A DNA stretch of 64,000 nt from Rebecca billardiae RCC1528 (GCA_965240325.2 OZ251222.1:2046001-2110000); one strand, 5' to 3'; shown: positions 41,809 to 55,189, counted from the stretch's first letter. Notes: a model not told the origin generated them from the sequence alone. Made by a program: numbers and translations.

Positions 41809-41960
41809 GATCTCTTCTTCGACAATTCTCGTGATCCACAAGACGGCACGGCTGATTCTCGGCTGCCGCAGCTAGAGTATTGCCAGATGTAGTTATAAGT
41901 AAACGGTCGTCACTATTATTATAGTCATCATATACGAGATCGCATGATCGAGAATACTCG

Positions 41961-42368
<408 letters not shown>

Positions 42369-42657
42369 CGGTAGTAGCAGGCTGATGTAAGGCACTACTC
42401 ATACTTCATAGTGTCAGTGTCGATCCGTTCTGACAGCATGCAGTATTTAACGCGGTAATAATCCCGTGACGAGCCGGCCGTCGGGCTAGTGCCTAGTCGG
42501 GCTCCGCCTCAGCGACGGTCCTTCGAGCCGTACTGTGCCAGCGGCCAGCCAGCCGGGCCACGGGGCCCCGTCGGCCGCATCAGATTCAGGGGGAAGCCGT
42601 GGTCGTCTGAGAGTCTGAGACGCCCAAGGCCCAGTGCGAGGCATCGCGCCGCGCGCG

Positions 42658-45374
42658 TCAGCCGCTCGACGCCAGCTTGTCCGCCATCTCCTGCCGCTTC
42701 GCCTCGCACAGAGCCTCGACGACCTCGGCCTCGAGCGCGTCCGGCTTGAGGCAGCGCTCGTGCGCGCTCGTCATCACCTCGTCGACGAGCGCCTGCAGCG
42801 AGATGCCGTCCTCGACGCAGTCCTGCATCGTCCAGCGCAGCATCGTCATGTCCACCTGCAGCTGCTGGTACCCGTGCTGGCTGAGCGTGCACAGCCGCAC
42901 GAGCTCGTACAGCGCTTTGAGCGCCAGCGTGAGCACGCGCCCGGCCGCGGCGCGCGTGCTACCGACCGCGTGGGCCAGGATCGGCACCTGCGAACGGCCG
43001 GGTGGCGCGGCGGCGGGGCGGGACGAGCGCGCGGCGGCGGGTTGGCACACACGCGCGCGCCGTTCGCCCGCGGCGCGTGCCACGCGCGGCGCACCTTCTG
43101 CGAGAACATCCGGTCGATGTCGGACTGGATGACGGAGGCGGACATCTGGCCCTGCCGCAGCCGTGACGCGTACACCTTTTGCGCAGGCAGCGCGCCCGTG
43201 GGCGACCAGAGCTGCTTGGCTGTGGTCGGCACGCTGGGCGGGACGGGCGCGCCGCCCGGCGTCGCGCCGCTCGGCTGCGCGGCCTCCGGGTACAGCCGCT
43301 CGAACGTGCCAAGCACGCGCGCCACGTGCCGCACGACCGTGTCCACGCACGCCGACACGGAGCGCGGGCGCGGCAGGCCGAGCCAGTCGGTCTGCACAAA
43401 GAAAGAGCGCATCTCCTCGGCGAGATCGCCCGCGAGCAGGTCGACGCACTGGATGTTGAGCGCCTCCGACGCGTCCTCCAGCTGCAGGACGACCGAGCTC
43501 ACCTGCGCCACGTGGGCGCGCGGCGCGCGCGCGCGCGCGCACGCGCCAGCACGATTGTCGGCCACGGGTGCGAGGGTGCACGCAGGGGCAGCCACCGCGC
43601 GTCTTGTCACGCGCACGGCTCAGCTGCGCATCGCGCAGCGGGCGCGCGCGCGTACCGGCAGCGGGGCAGCGAACTCGGCCTGGGCGAACATGAGGTGCCC
43701 GGACACGATGCGTTGCATGTCCGTGCGCACGCGCGTCGCCAGCTCCGTGCACAGCGCGCACGAGAGGAACGCGGCGGACGCAGCGCGCCACGCCTCAGCG
43801 CGGCCGTCGGCAGCGCCGCTCGCGGCGCCTGCGCGCTCGGATGGCGCGCCGCGCGCCGGCGCGAGGTCGGCTCGGCGCAGGCTCAGGACAAAGTCGCGGA
43901 GGCTGGCGAGCAGCTGGTTGACCGCCTCGCGCACCAGGCCCTGCCCTGGCAGCGCGAGCAGCAGCGGGCGGGTCGACTGCATCGTCGAGTCGATGAGGCC
44001 CATCACCGCGCCCGCCGCCTTGCCGACCGCTTCGTGAACCGCATCGGCGAGCACGAGCGCCTCGCCGCCCGACGAGGCGGCCGAGGCGTCGGCGCAGAGA
44101 TCGGACGCTGCGGCGAGGCTGCGCTCGCCGAGGAGCGCCATCTCGCTGCTGATCCCCGCGCGCGCGAGCCCCGCGCCCAGCGCGCACGCGCGCGGCACGA
44201 GCGCGTCGAGCGGCGCGGACGCCTCTGCGCCGCCCTCGGCAATGGTGCGCGCCGCGTCCGTCAGCGCGCGGATCGCGCACGTGAGGGGCTCGATGTCGGG
44301 CGAAGGCCCGACCTGGGCGGCCTTCACCGCGTCGGTCGTCATCTGCGCGAACGTGTCGAACGTCTCGTGCACGCTCTGCTCCAGCGCGCCCCGCTTGTGC
44401 TCGGTGCCCGCGCTGTGGTGCGGGGCGTCCGAACCGCCGGCCGCCGCCGCCGCCGCGCCGCCGCCGCCGAGGAAGAGCATGGCAAAGGCGCGCACGTACT
44501 CGAGGGTCGCGGGCACGTACTCGGCGGCGACCTGCGCGTAGTACGCCTCGAACTCGTCCGCGCTCGCGCCGGCGCCGGGCTGCGCAGACGCCGGCAGCGC
44601 CGCGAGCCGCTTGAGCACGAGCGCGCGGGAGCGCGAGACAAAGCGGTGCAGCAGGTCGTCCTCGTTGCCCTGCAGCTGCAGCAGCAGCCGCACGCTCTCG
44701 GCGAGCTTGGGCGCCGGGGTGCTCTCGGCGCCGATCAGGTCGGAGAGCTTGTGCTTGAGCCGGCCCATGATGTCCACCGCCTCGTCGTGGATCGGCTGGA
44801 ACGACGCGAGGTGGCCGTAGTGCTTGAGGATGTTGGTGGCGGCGTGGTAGAAGTGCACCGCCTTCTCGTGCTCGCCCGCCTCGATGCACTCCTGCAGCTT
44901 GGTCGGCAGGTCGAAGAGGAACTGGAGCTTGACGAGAAGCTTGCGCACCCCGTTCAGCTGCTCGAGCTGCCCGCGGCGGCCGGTCACGTTGGACGCGATC
45001 GCGCGGTTGGACTCGATGATCGTCTCCATGTTGGTCGCGAGCTGGTTCATCTGCTCCTCCATGCCCTCGACCTTCTGCTTCATCGCGCGGATGGTGTCGG
45101 TGGCGGAGATGAACTTGTTGTAGTTCTCGTACACCAGCATCTGCATGTCCGAGTCCAGGCTCTTGATCTCCGTCACCATGTCGTTGCCCTTGCGCACGAG
45201 GTCCGAGAGCGACTGATTCTCGAGCAGCTGGTTCACATACTTGTCCGCGTTGAAGTTGGGGCCGTCCACGTCGAGGGGGTCGGCTGAGCTGCCACCCACG
45301 CCGTAGTACGAGCTGAGCAGGCCGCGCGTGCGGCGCTCGCGAGGCCGCTCGTCCCGCGAACGCTCGTCCGCCAT
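42658..45374 (-). CDS. VPS51: GARP/EARP complex subunit Vps51, 3 exons (introns 43655-43503, 43094-42988)
   Basis: LLSSYYG, EIKSLDSDMQMLVYENYNKFISATDTIRAMK, KLQFLFDLP; C-terminal DIDRMFSQK and LKALYELVRLCT...QQLQVD. Confidence 0.95.
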
Positions 45375-45624
45375 CCGCCCCACCGCCGAGGCGCCGATCT
45401 CCTGTTGGAGCGAGGCGCCGCCGAGCTCTCGCTGGTCGTCGATCGCTCGGCGCGGCAAATTCCGCCGCGGCCGAAAATGATGGCGGCGCGCTGAATCTCT
45501 TGCACGGCATTTCCGCCATTTAGAAACTAGCACGAGAAAATACGCCATCATCATCATCGCGAGCGGGTGCCAGGCATCTCGAGTCGTCGTCGTCGCCGTT
45601 GGGGCGCGCGACGAGCGCGCCGCG

Positions 45625-45894
45625 ATGGCGAACTCGTGCACGAAGCAGAGGGAAGCGCTGCTGAAATGCCTCTCCCAGACGGAGTGCATGGCGAAGGGTG
45701 GCACTGTGGAGGAATGCCTCAACCTGACCGACGAGGAAGGGGGATGCATGTCCGCGCGTATCTCGTACATGCAGTGCAAGCGAGGTCAGCTTGACATGCG
45801 CAACCGCTTCAAGGGAAACAACATCGCGGGCCTCAGTATTCCCACCACCGCGAAGCAAGCGAGCGAGGCAGACAGCGGCTCTGCCAGGGAATGA
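45625..45894 (+). CDS. PET191: Cytochrome c oxidase assembly factor PET191/COA5
   Basis: Twin Cx9C-type pattern and CKRGQLDMRNRFKGN signature. Confidence 0.93.
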   Translation: MANSCTKQREALLKCLSQTECMAKGGTVEECLNLTDEEGGCMSARISYMQCKRGQLDMRNRFKGNNIAGLSIPTTAKQASEADSGSARE

Positions 45895-46474
45895 CAACAA
45901 GATCGTTCGGGGGAGTGCTAGCCTTTGGATACCATGTTCGCCTGCGGAGCAACGATGTGCACGCACGGAGCTGGGCTTCATCTGTTGCTGCCAGGTCGCT
46001 TGATGCGGCTACGATGGCGTCGACAATTGCACTCGAATCATCTGTTCTGAATGGAGCACGCGTGCCGGTCCAAACAACGCATCGGGACTCCCCACAACTC
46101 ACTTCACATGGTGGGGGATTGTGCCGTCCCGCGTCCGGGCCGGCGCGGCTTGTTGAAGTTGATTGAACCGAGTCCAGAGATGATCGACTGAAGGGTGCCT
46201 GTGCTGCATGTGCGCCTCATGTGATTCGCAGTCGCGTACATAACGAATGTATCTCCTAGCTGAATGAATCCTGCGCTACGACTACAGTAGCTAATAATTA
46301 AAATAAATGCAGCAACCCTCCCCGGGCCTCGTCACTCGTCAGTCGACAGTCGTCGTCACAATCATCAAGGCTCTTTCGAATTCGGAAAGGTCCGCGGTAC
46401 TGCGGTACTGGCTACTGCCGGTATTTAGCTACCCGGGTCCCCGCGGAGCCGCGGCCGGCCGGGCGGGCCGGCCG

Positions 46475-46705
46475 CGCCCGCCGCGATCGACCGAGTCAAT
46501 CGCGAGTCAAGCTGTCAGGCTCGGAAGTCCGATGACGGGCCGTCACGCCGAGATGACTGTCAGACTGATGTCATCACTGATGAAGCCTCGCCCGCCGCGA
46601 TCGACCGAGTCCGACTGGCGAGTCACTGTCAGGCTCCGAAGTCCGATGACGGGCCGTCACGCCGAGCTGACTGTCAGGCTGATGTCATCACTGATGAAGC
46701 CTCGC
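46475..46705. repeat. Approximately 115-bp tandem duplication (2 copies)
   Basis: ccgccgcgatcgaccgagtc...gaagtccgatgacgggccgtcacgccgag...ctgatgtcatcactgatgaagcctcgc occurs twice. Confidence 0.9.
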
Positions 46706-47595
46706 GTCGCCGACCTTCTCGTATTGGCGAAACTCAGTCTAAGCTAACTATATGTACTCAGTCTAGCTGTGTACAGTAGTCAGTACTGTAGTGTGTCTGT
46801 CTGACAGCTAGACTGTCTGTACTACGACTGACTACCTGCTCATCGATCGGCCTAGCTGCCAGTGTGTCAATCGGCGGACACGAGTTCACAGCTAGGCTAC
46901 AAGTGGCTCTGGTCCCAGACGGTGCTGCGGGTGCACTGTGTCAAGGTGATGCTGATGAGTATTCACAGACACAGCCTGACAGTGATGATGACTGTGATCA
47001 TCAACGGTGTAGCTACCTCCGTATATTACCACAGACAGTAACACAGTTGCCAAGTCGCTGCGGAGTCCGGATCGATTCACTGCATGAGCAGCTTGCCAGT
47101 ATCGATTCGGTACGATGATATGATGCGATGATGAGTGTGACGAGTGAGTAGTACTAGTAGTAGCAGTAGACAGTAGTCCCGGTCCTCGGCCGCCCTGCTG
47201 ACGGACGAGCAGCACTTGGCGAGGACGCGGACCCGCCGTCAACTACGCCAACTGTGGCCCGGTCGCTCCGCCCCGGCCCCGCACCCAGCTTCGGACAGCT
47301 ACCACCCAGCTGCTAGTAAGCTAACTGGCTGCTGCTTCACTGAGACTTTAGAACGCGGACTGGTCTAGCTTGACGAGAGTGAGGGCTATATATATATATA
47401 CGATGATATATATGCGCTAATTGATGCGCGCTGCCGCGGCCGTGCTCAGGGCCAGGCGGAGCAACTGCTGTTCACGGTGAGTCTGCCGCGCGTCGCTCAG
47501 AGCGTAACCTCTCGCGCGTCGCCATTCGTCGTCATGTAGTGAGCTTCTGAGCTCGGCACCAGCATGCTGATGGCAAGCAGCAGGAGATTGGAAGC

Positions 47596-49341
47596 TCAGC
47601 TGTCAGCAGCGAGTGAGCCGGCGGCGCGAGCAGCAGCCGTTGGGGCCTCGGTACCTGCCAATGGTGGCGAGGCTGCGAGCACGTTCTCGCCTCCGTCTAG
47701 GAGGCTGTGGGTGAGCTCAGGCCGCGGCTGCCACGAGCGCAGCCTCTGCCTCGTCGGGATTGTCGAGGCGAGGGCCCCCGTTACTCGCATGCATGCACAG
47801 CGAAGTGAGGTCGTGAGCTCGGATCGCCTGTACGCTGCCGTCACCACAGCTGCGATGACCACCACGCGTGCAAGGGCAGCAGCCGGCAGCTGGCATAGCA
47901 CGGCCGTGTTGATGACGACCGCCGCGACGGGCAGTAGCGGCACAAGTGGGCACGCGAACACCCCGGCAGGCGCATCATCGTACAAGTGGCGCGAGCACAG
48001 CGCGATGGCCGCGCCGAGTGCTGCTGAGCCGCCGATCAGGATGCACGGGAGCGGCCACACGCCCGCGCGCGGCAAGCCCGACGCTGCTGCGGTCGATGCG
48101 ACGGCCGCGACGAGCGTGCCGTGCATCTCGTTGCTGCGCCCGCCACTCACCAGGCCGTGCGCGCGCAGCAGCAGCAGAGACACGGCGGTGAGCAAGTACG
48201 AGAGAACGACCCCGGCGCTCAGGAGCGAAGCCAGCGCGCTCACCTCAAGGGCGCCGCTGAGCACAACGGCTACGGCGCCGCACCAGAGCTGCGCATGCAC
48301 GGGCGTGGCCGCCGCGCCGCGCACCTGCATCAGCCAGCGCGACCACCACGCCCGGCCGCCGTCTGTGCGCGCCATCGAGAGGTACAGCCGCGCCTGCGCG
48401 TACAGGCCGACGAGCCCGCCCGTCGCGATACCGATGGCCGCGCCAGCGTCCACCAGGGGTGCGACCCAGGTGGCGGACGCGCGGCCCGCAAAGAGCTGCG
48501 CCATCGGCGCGGAGACGTCGATTCGGTCGTACCTGGTCGCCCCTGTCAGCAGCGCCGACACGGCGACGTACAGCACCGCGCACGTCAGGATGCAGACGCA
48601 GATCCCTATGGGCACATCGCGCTGCGGTCGGAGGGCTTCCTCCGCCGCAAAGGCGATGCAGTCAAAGCCCGTGAAGGCGAAGAAGACGAGAGCCGTCGCC
48701 TCGGCGACGGGTGCTGGCCCGCACGGCGCGAACGGCAGCCAGTTCGTGGGGCGCACGAGCCCCGCGCCCGCGGCGATCACGATGGCCACGATGCCGAGCT
48801 TGAGCGCGCACAGGCAGTTGTTCAGCCTGGCGCTATGCTGGACGCCGCAGCACAGCACCGCGGAGGCGACGACGTTGAGGGTGGGCGCGAGCACGCTGAG
48901 CGAGAGGACGCCAGCCACCGGCCACGCCGCCAGGACGGCTGGGACACGAAAGCCTGCCGGAAGCATCGCTTTCACAGCTGCAACCGCATAGACGGCAAAC
49001 GAGCGGCTGCCCACCGCCGCACCGACGTGGTAATCAGCGAGGAGGTTCGCCGCGCAGATAGTAGCCGGTATCTCGCCGAGCGCCGCGCGCACGTACACGT
49101 ACGCCCCGCCTGACACTGGGTAGCGCCCACTCAGCTCGGCGAAGCAGAGTCCGTTCAGCAAGCAGGCACCTGCGGCGAGGGCAAACGCAAGCACAACTGC
49201 TGGGCCAGCGTCGCGCGCGGCGATGCCTGTGATGAAGAAGATGCCCGAGCCGACAGACGCGCCGATACCGAGCAGGCACATGGAAACCAGCCCGAGATGC
49301 GGCTTGAGCGCTCCATCGCCGCCATTCAGCGCTGGCGTCAT
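47596..49341 (-). CDS. APC-superfamily cationic amino-acid transporter (CAT-like)
   Basis: LGIGASVGSGIF, AGPAVVLAF, CFAELSGRYPVSGGAYVY, FFAFTGFD, EEALRPQRDVPIGI, C-terminal FACPLVPLLP; start uncertain. Confidence 0.92.
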   Translation of the reverse strand: MTPALNGGDGALKPHLGLVSMCLLGIGASVGSGIFFITGIAARDAGPAVVLAFALAAGACLLNGLCFAELSGRYPVSGGAYVYVRAALGEIPATICAANLLADYHVGAAVGSRSFAVYAVAAVKAMLPAGFRVPAVLAAWPVAGVLSLSVLAPTLNVVASAVLCCGVQHSARLNNCLCALKLGIVAIVIAAGAGLVRPTNWLPFAPCGPAPVAEATALVFFAFTGFDCIAFAAEEALRPQRDVPIGICVCILTCAVLYVAVSALLTGATRYDRIDVSAPMAQLFAGRASATWVAPLVDAGAAIGIATGGLVGLYAQARLYLSMARTDGGRAWWSRWLMQVRGAAATPVHAQLWCGAVAVVLSGALEVSALASLLSAGVVLSYLLTAVSLLLLRAHGLVSGGRSNEMHGTLVAAVASTAAASGLPRAGVWPLPCILIGGSAALGAAIALCSRHLYDDAPAGVFACPLVPLLPVAAVVINTAVLCQLPAAALARVVVIAAVVTAAYRRSELTTSLRCACMRVTGALASTIPTRQRLRSWQPRPELTHSLLDGGENVLAASPPLAGTEAPTAAARAAGSLAADS

Positions 49342-49667
49342 CCACACCTTGTCGGCCACCTTTGCGGCCGGCCGTCCGGTCGCCTCGATCGGCGGCGCTC
49401 GTCGTTCGGGCAGACGGGCACTCGTCAAAGATGCCCAGCGAAATACTGTAGCGCTTTTAAAAGCATTGTATTTAGGAGAACGGCATCATCTTCCTGGTCA
49501 TCATCAAGAACTCGCACGCGCGGTGTGGGCGTGTGGCACAGTGTCATGCAGCGAGCATCTCGTCAATCATCATCCCGGGAGGCCCCGGAGACCGCCATCA
49601 CTAGCACCGAAGTATGGCAAACTAGTGAGTGCTGCACGGACCAAACGCGGCCAGCCCCCGTGAGCAC

Positions 49668-52600
49668 TCACACCAGACCGCCCCCGGGAAAGTTGCGCAC
49701 TCCGCCGTCCTCGACAGCAGCCTCATCCCCCGCGTCGTCCTCGCTCTCGTCATCTTCCGCCGCGGCAGCGAAGCCGTCCGCGGTCTCAGCACCATACTTC
49801 ACGCTTGAGCACAGCGAGGACAGAGTTACCACCTCGTCGAAGTCAACGCTATGCTCATCGCTGTGCTGCGCCTCTGCGGCCCGCAGCGCGCGCACCGCGC
49901 GCCAGACGGGCCGAGGGCCGAGGGCAAGGACACGGCTCGGCGGCTCGACCCGGGCACGGCGCAGCACTTCGCGCAGCAGGTAGAACGCGCGCGCCCCGAG
50001 CGCATCCAGCTCGGCAGCAGCCATCGCATGCGCCGCGCTCACCGGCTCGTCGCCGTAGAACAGGTCCCCCTCGTGCACGAGGTGGACGATGCGCTTCGCC
50101 AGCGCGTGCTCAGTCACGCCGAGCTCCGCGGCGATGCGCTGCCGGAGCCGATTGACGATCTCGCCGGCGCCCTGGTCGGTGGAGAGTGCACACGTGAGCG
50201 CAAGCGTTGGCGCGTCGTGCGCAAACTGGCGCGGCGCATCCCTGCCTGCCGGGTCGAGCAGCAGCCCGTCGAAGAAGGCGACGGTGCGGCCGTCCCGAGC
50301 CTTGAAGGCATCCAACCGGGAGGCGCCGCCCTTGGCCGCGCTCACTCGCTTGCGGCCCTGCAGCTTGAGCTCGCCCTCTGCCTCCAGCACCAGCAGCGCC
50401 GCGCCGGCGCAGCTGGCGCGCAGTCGAGCGCCCGCGAGCCTCGCGCTCTCGAGTGCGCCGGTGCTCGCGCAAGCCGCTGTCCGCGCCTCTGCGGCAGCCG
50501 AGGCCCTCATCGGCTCGAGCGTGTCGCGCCGCACCTCGCGCAGCCAGTCGCCCCACGGAGCACGTGGCGGCTCGGCGCCCGCAGCAACGCCACCCGCCAT
50601 CCTGCGGGCGAGCGCGTCGGCGTCGAGCAGCAGCCGCGTTCGCTCGCCCACGAGAGCGGCGAGCGCGGGCAGCCGATCGCGCACGCCGAGCGTGGCCGCG
50701 AGCATCTGGCCGTGTGTCGCGCTGCAGTCCACCGCCCAGATGCCCGCGAACGTCTCCGCCAGCGTGGGCGGCTCAGTCTCGCTCGCGAGCTGGCCGAGCA
50801 CGCGCGCGAGCCCCGCGGCCGAGGCCGCAGCTGAGGGCTCGGCGGTCGCTGAGGTCGCGTCGAGCAGCACGAGAAGCACGGTCGAGCTGTCCGCGCGGCC
50901 CGGAGGAGGCGCACAGGGTTCGTCCTCGAGCACCGGCGTGAGCGAGCTGTCCGAGTCGACGAGACGCGCGCCGTCTGCTCCGCTCATCGCTCGGAAGATG
51001 AGAGCGTGGGGGCGCTGATTGTGCAGGGCCAGCCGGCCGCACTCGGCGAGCAGCCATGGCTCCGGCAGCGCGCCCGGCCGCGGCTGTGGCCGGCCAGGCG
51101 TGGGCGCGCGGCGGTTGACGAAGCTCAGACCAATGGCCGCCCTCGCTGCCGTGAGGGTCGAGTCTTTGGGCTCCGCCTTGAGCGGCAGCGGCCCGTCGCT
51201 CCCCGGCACCAGGAGCGGCCGGTAGTACCGCAGGCTCTGGAGCTCACCAAACGGGCAGACGAGGAGCAGCGCGCTCTGCGCGAGCGCGCGGCAAGCCTCG
51301 CTGAGCACGCGGCGCGCGGCGCCGACGGCGAGCAGCGCGTCCTCCGTGGCTTCTGCGGGCCCTGTGCCGCGCTCGACGTGCGCCACCATCTCTCTCGAGT
51401 ACGGCAACTCGCGCGGCAGATAGCTGCGCAGCGTGCCGGGGGCAAACGGCTGGTCAGCGCGGCGCGGCCGTCGCGCGTGGCAGCTCGCGGAGGGCAGTGA
51501 GGGGGCGGCGCATGCGCGCGCGCGCGCGCGTGTGCGCATGCGCGCACGGAGGCGGTGGCGCGTCCACACGCAGCCGCATCGGCAGCGCCACGGCACGGAG
51601 CGCCTCGCCACTCAGCAGCACGCCCAGCTCGTAGTTCATCACACGGATGCCCCCGTAGCACGGGCGGCCCATCGCCGCGCCCGAGAGGTTGGCCGAGCCA
51701 GCTAGCGCCCACACAGGCACCCCGTCCGCGCCAACCCCGACGGCCATCTTGCAGTGTGAGAGCGCGCTCAGCCGGTGCCCCCACGGCTCCAGCTGCACGA
51801 GCCGACCCCGCAGCGTCTTGTGCGGCATGGGGCCCATGCGCATGCCCGCGTAGAGCTGCCGGCTCTTCCCCTCGAGGAGCGGCCGCACCACGCACAGGTA
51901 GTGGCGCATGCTCGGCCACGCCAGGCTGATGTTGGGCTCGACCGCGCGCGCGACGCCCCGGCGCACCTCCGTGTCCGGCTGCCCGGCCTCGCGCGCCTCC
52001 GCCTCCGCCTCGCGGCCGAGGGAGCAGCCTCGGCCCAGCGCCGCCCAGACCGCTTCCATGTCCGCGCGGCCGTTGCGCCCGGTGGAGGACGAGAGGAGCA
52101 GCACGCTCTGCGCGAGCTGCTCTGCAGGCAGCTGGCCGAGGTGCTCGGCGAGCGCGCGCTGCGCGTACGCGCGCCCCCTCTGCGGCGAGTGAAAGCCTGG
52201 CACGGACGGGACAAAATGCACGCCCGGCGGCAGGCGCATGTCGAAGCGGTCCAGCGTCGCCATCCAGGTGGCGCGCAGCGTCGCCGCGGCGCCGCCCTCG
52301 TCCTCGGCGGCGTGCACAGCGAGGAGGCTGAGCACGAACGCGCGCAGCTCCTCGCAGCCGCCGCCCGCCTCGGCGCCGCCCGCCCCGCAACCGCCCGCCT
52401 GCTCCTCGCATGCGCCCGCCTCGCCGCCGCCCTCCGGCTGCAGCCCAAAGTCCATGACCCAGAAGTTGTTGTTCACGCCGTCCATGTCGTACCGCCCGAT
52501 GTTCGCGGAGGAGACGACCACGCGCAGCGAGTGCGCGTACTCCAGCAGCCACAGCTTCGAGTGCTGCGAGCCCTTCTCTGCCCGCTGGAGCTGAGCGTAG

Positions 52601-53511
52601 TTGGTTGCATTTGGCGCGAGCGGCGGGTACACGACCACGACCTGCCGGTCGTCCGTCCATGCCACGCGCCCGAGGTCGTACGAGCCGTCGTGGGTGTCGA
52701 CGACTGCGATCTGGCCCCGCTCGAACCCGCAGCCGCCGAGCATCTCGTCGCGCAGGAAGCGGAAGTCGACCCCGAACGAGGAGAAGAGCGCGCGGCGCAG
52801 CTGCCGTGGCCGCACGAGCGACACCGGGTCGAGCTCGAGCTCCTCCTGCTCGCGCGGCCGCGGGCCCGTGCTCGGCGAGATGCGGTTGAGGTAGATGCGC
52901 GTGCCGTCGAATTCAAGCTGGCAGCCGCCGCCCACCGGCGCGGCAGCCACGCCGCGCTCGCTGCCTGTAGTCTCGCCGGCGCGTTCGGCGGCGAGCGCCT
53001 CAGTGCGGCCGTCCAGCTTCTCCGCCTGCGTGGGGAGCCGGACGCGCTTGCTCGGCGGCTCCGCCTCGCCATGCGGCGACACCTCGCCCTTCCCCAACCC
53101 GCCAGCCGCGCTCGCGGGGCGTCTTGTGCACGCGGACGCCGGTGCGTGTGCCGACGGCAGCAGCTTGAAGCGCACGCGCTGTTCGCTTTTGAACAACCCG
53201 ATGCTCTCGCCTAGTTGAAGCTCGGCCGTGTCGCTCGTGGCCAGCTCAGCGCGCTGCTGGTCAAGCGCGTCATGAATATGCACGCACAAGCGCGATGAGG
53301 CCGGGTCATGGCCGCTGCGGAAGAAGCGGACGCGCAGTGTCGTGCCTCCATCGGCGAGGGTGACCTCGAGCTGCTTGCGCGAGACGTGTTTGCGAACCGC
53401 GCTGTCCGGCCTCGTGTGGAGCCGACCAAGCATTATCGTCTGCCCCGCAGTGAGCACTAGGTGTTCACCCGTTGGGAGCTCGAGGCCAGCGATCGACGCG
53501 TCGGCCGGCAT
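49668..53511 (-). CDS. TDP1: FHA-like plus tyrosyl-DNA phosphodiesterase 1 domain with a long C-terminal extension (intron 51547-51424)
   Basis: LGR...VSRKQ (FHA); HSKLWLLEY..LRVVVSSAN, SHCK, GSANLS.AAMG, NYELGVL. A phase-consistent intron joins DAPPPP|YLPRELPY into the 49668 ORF. Confidence 0.82.
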
Positions 53512-53669
53512 AATACGAGGCGCGACCCGCCCGGCGCCGGGCGCCGCCGATCTGGCCGTCGCCTGCGGCTTGTGAGCATCACCGGCCAACTCGACAGACT
53601 TGTTCACCGTGTCCGGCGCGAGCAAAGAAAAGTCCGTTGCTGACTTGCTGCCGCCGAAACCGGGCAAGA

Positions 53670-54962
53670 ATGGCGGCTGCGAGCTCGGCCGTGCGCGCGA
53701 GGCCCCGCGTCGTCTTGTTGGTCGTCTCAGCGATGATGGCGTGCGTGTCCTTGACGGCCGGTGAGCAGTGCTCGGTGGTCACCTTCCTGCACCTGCGCAA
53801 GTGCGCTGGCTCAAGCATCCGTGACATGTTTGCATACAGCAGTCATCCCAACAACTGGCGGCGGCTCTACTACTGCCTGGACCTTGCGAAGGTATGCGAT
53901 GCGTGGGGATGCGAACCGCTCAAGGCTGCGCAGGCCGGAGGGTCTGGCGCTTTCGCCACGCATCGTGGCCGTCGGCTTCGCAAGCACGACGGACACATGG
54001 CACGCATTCCGCCATTCAACGCGAGCTCTCGATGGCTCCTCGAAACGCACTGCCACACAAACATTGCCAAGTTTGTGGCCGATTCGGGGCGGCTTCGAGC
54101 CTTTGCGCGCGCCCGGGGCTGCTCATTCGCGTCCGTGACGATGCTGCGCGAGCCCATCTCGATGCTCATCTCGGATTACGCCTACTTCAACAACACGGAC
54201 GACCCGCTTCACGCGGGGCGCACAGTGTGGGCGTTGGGCCGTCCCGAGTACCTTCTGCTTGGCTCCGGCGTGCAGCTCGGCCATCGCCATCTGGACCTGC
54301 TCAAGCAGATGCACGCGCTACGCCTCACGGAGGAGGGCACGTATCCGCCCTCCCTACCACAGCCGCAGGCCGACGCCCTCGAGCGAGCGCGTGCGGCGAT
54401 GCTCGCCGCACGCAACGAGTTGCACGAGTGGATCAAGCGCAGGCGCGACACTGGAAGCGGCGGCACCATGACGCTCGAGCAGTGGCGGCATCACTGGGAT
54501 GAGCTTGCGCTCGAAGCATCGGCAGCGCGTGGACGCTGGCTCCTCTCGCTCCGCCACGCAGGGCTCCTCCCGTGCGACGCCCTGCTGCGTGAGGCGCAGG
54601 AGTGGCTGGGCCGCGTTGATGTGGTGGGCTTTGTCGAGCGCTTCAACGCGAGTGCGCTGCTGGCCTTCGAGGCGGTCGGCGCGCAGCGCCCGCCGACGCT
54701 GCTGTACAAAAACCCGCCGAAGCTCGCGGGTACGCGCGCCGAGAATCGCGCGGCGGCGCTGACCCTCGACGCAGACGCACGCCACCCGTCTGTCCCTATG
54801 GACGAGCTGCGGCTGCTGCGATCGCTCAACACGTGCAGCGTCCGACTGTTCGAGCAGCTGCTGCGCAAATTCGACAACGACATCGCCGCGCGGCCAGCCG
54901 ACTTCCACGCCAAGCTGGCGGGCCTACACTACTCGCATGGCACGTCCCAGCGTCGCAGATAA
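53670..54962 (+). CDS. Golgi-type sulfotransferase family protein
   Basis: Signal anchor; FLHLRKCAGSS (5'-PSB loop), TMLREPISMLISDY (3'-PB), VVGFVERFNAS. Confidence 0.8.
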   Translation: MAAASSAVRARPRVVLLVVSAMMACVSLTAGEQCSVVTFLHLRKCAGSSIRDMFAYSSHPNNWRRLYYCLDLAKVCDAWGCEPLKAAQAGGSGAFATHRGRRLRKHDGHMARIPPFNASSRWLLETHCHTNIAKFVADSGRLRAFARARGCSFASVTMLREPISMLISDYAYFNNTDDPLHAGRTVWALGRPEYLLLGSGVQLGHRHLDLLKQMHALRLTEEGTYPPSLPQPQADALERARAAMLAARNELHEWIKRRRDTGSGGTMTLEQWRHHWDELALEASAARGRWLLSLRHAGLLPCDALLREAQEWLGRVDVVGFVERFNASALLAFEAVGAQRPPTLLYKNPPKLAGTRAENRAAALTLDADARHPSVPMDELRLLRSLNTCSVRLFEQLLRKFDNDIAARPADFHAKLAGLHYSHGTSQRRR

Positions 54963-55187
54963 CGACGCTCGCAGCGACTCAGTCTCAGCGTTTTACGTAT
55001 ACTGAACGGTTTTACACGCTGTTACCGGCTACTCGGACTGAGGCGTGCGGGGATGATATGGTTGCTAGCTGGCGTTCGTATCGACGCGATCATGATGTGC
55101 TGGTAGTGCTGATGACTTCTGACGTAGTCATCACGCCGACGAGACGCGACGTCCGACGACGCCGACAGATAATGATATCGACGACTA

Positions 55188-55189
<2 letters not shown>

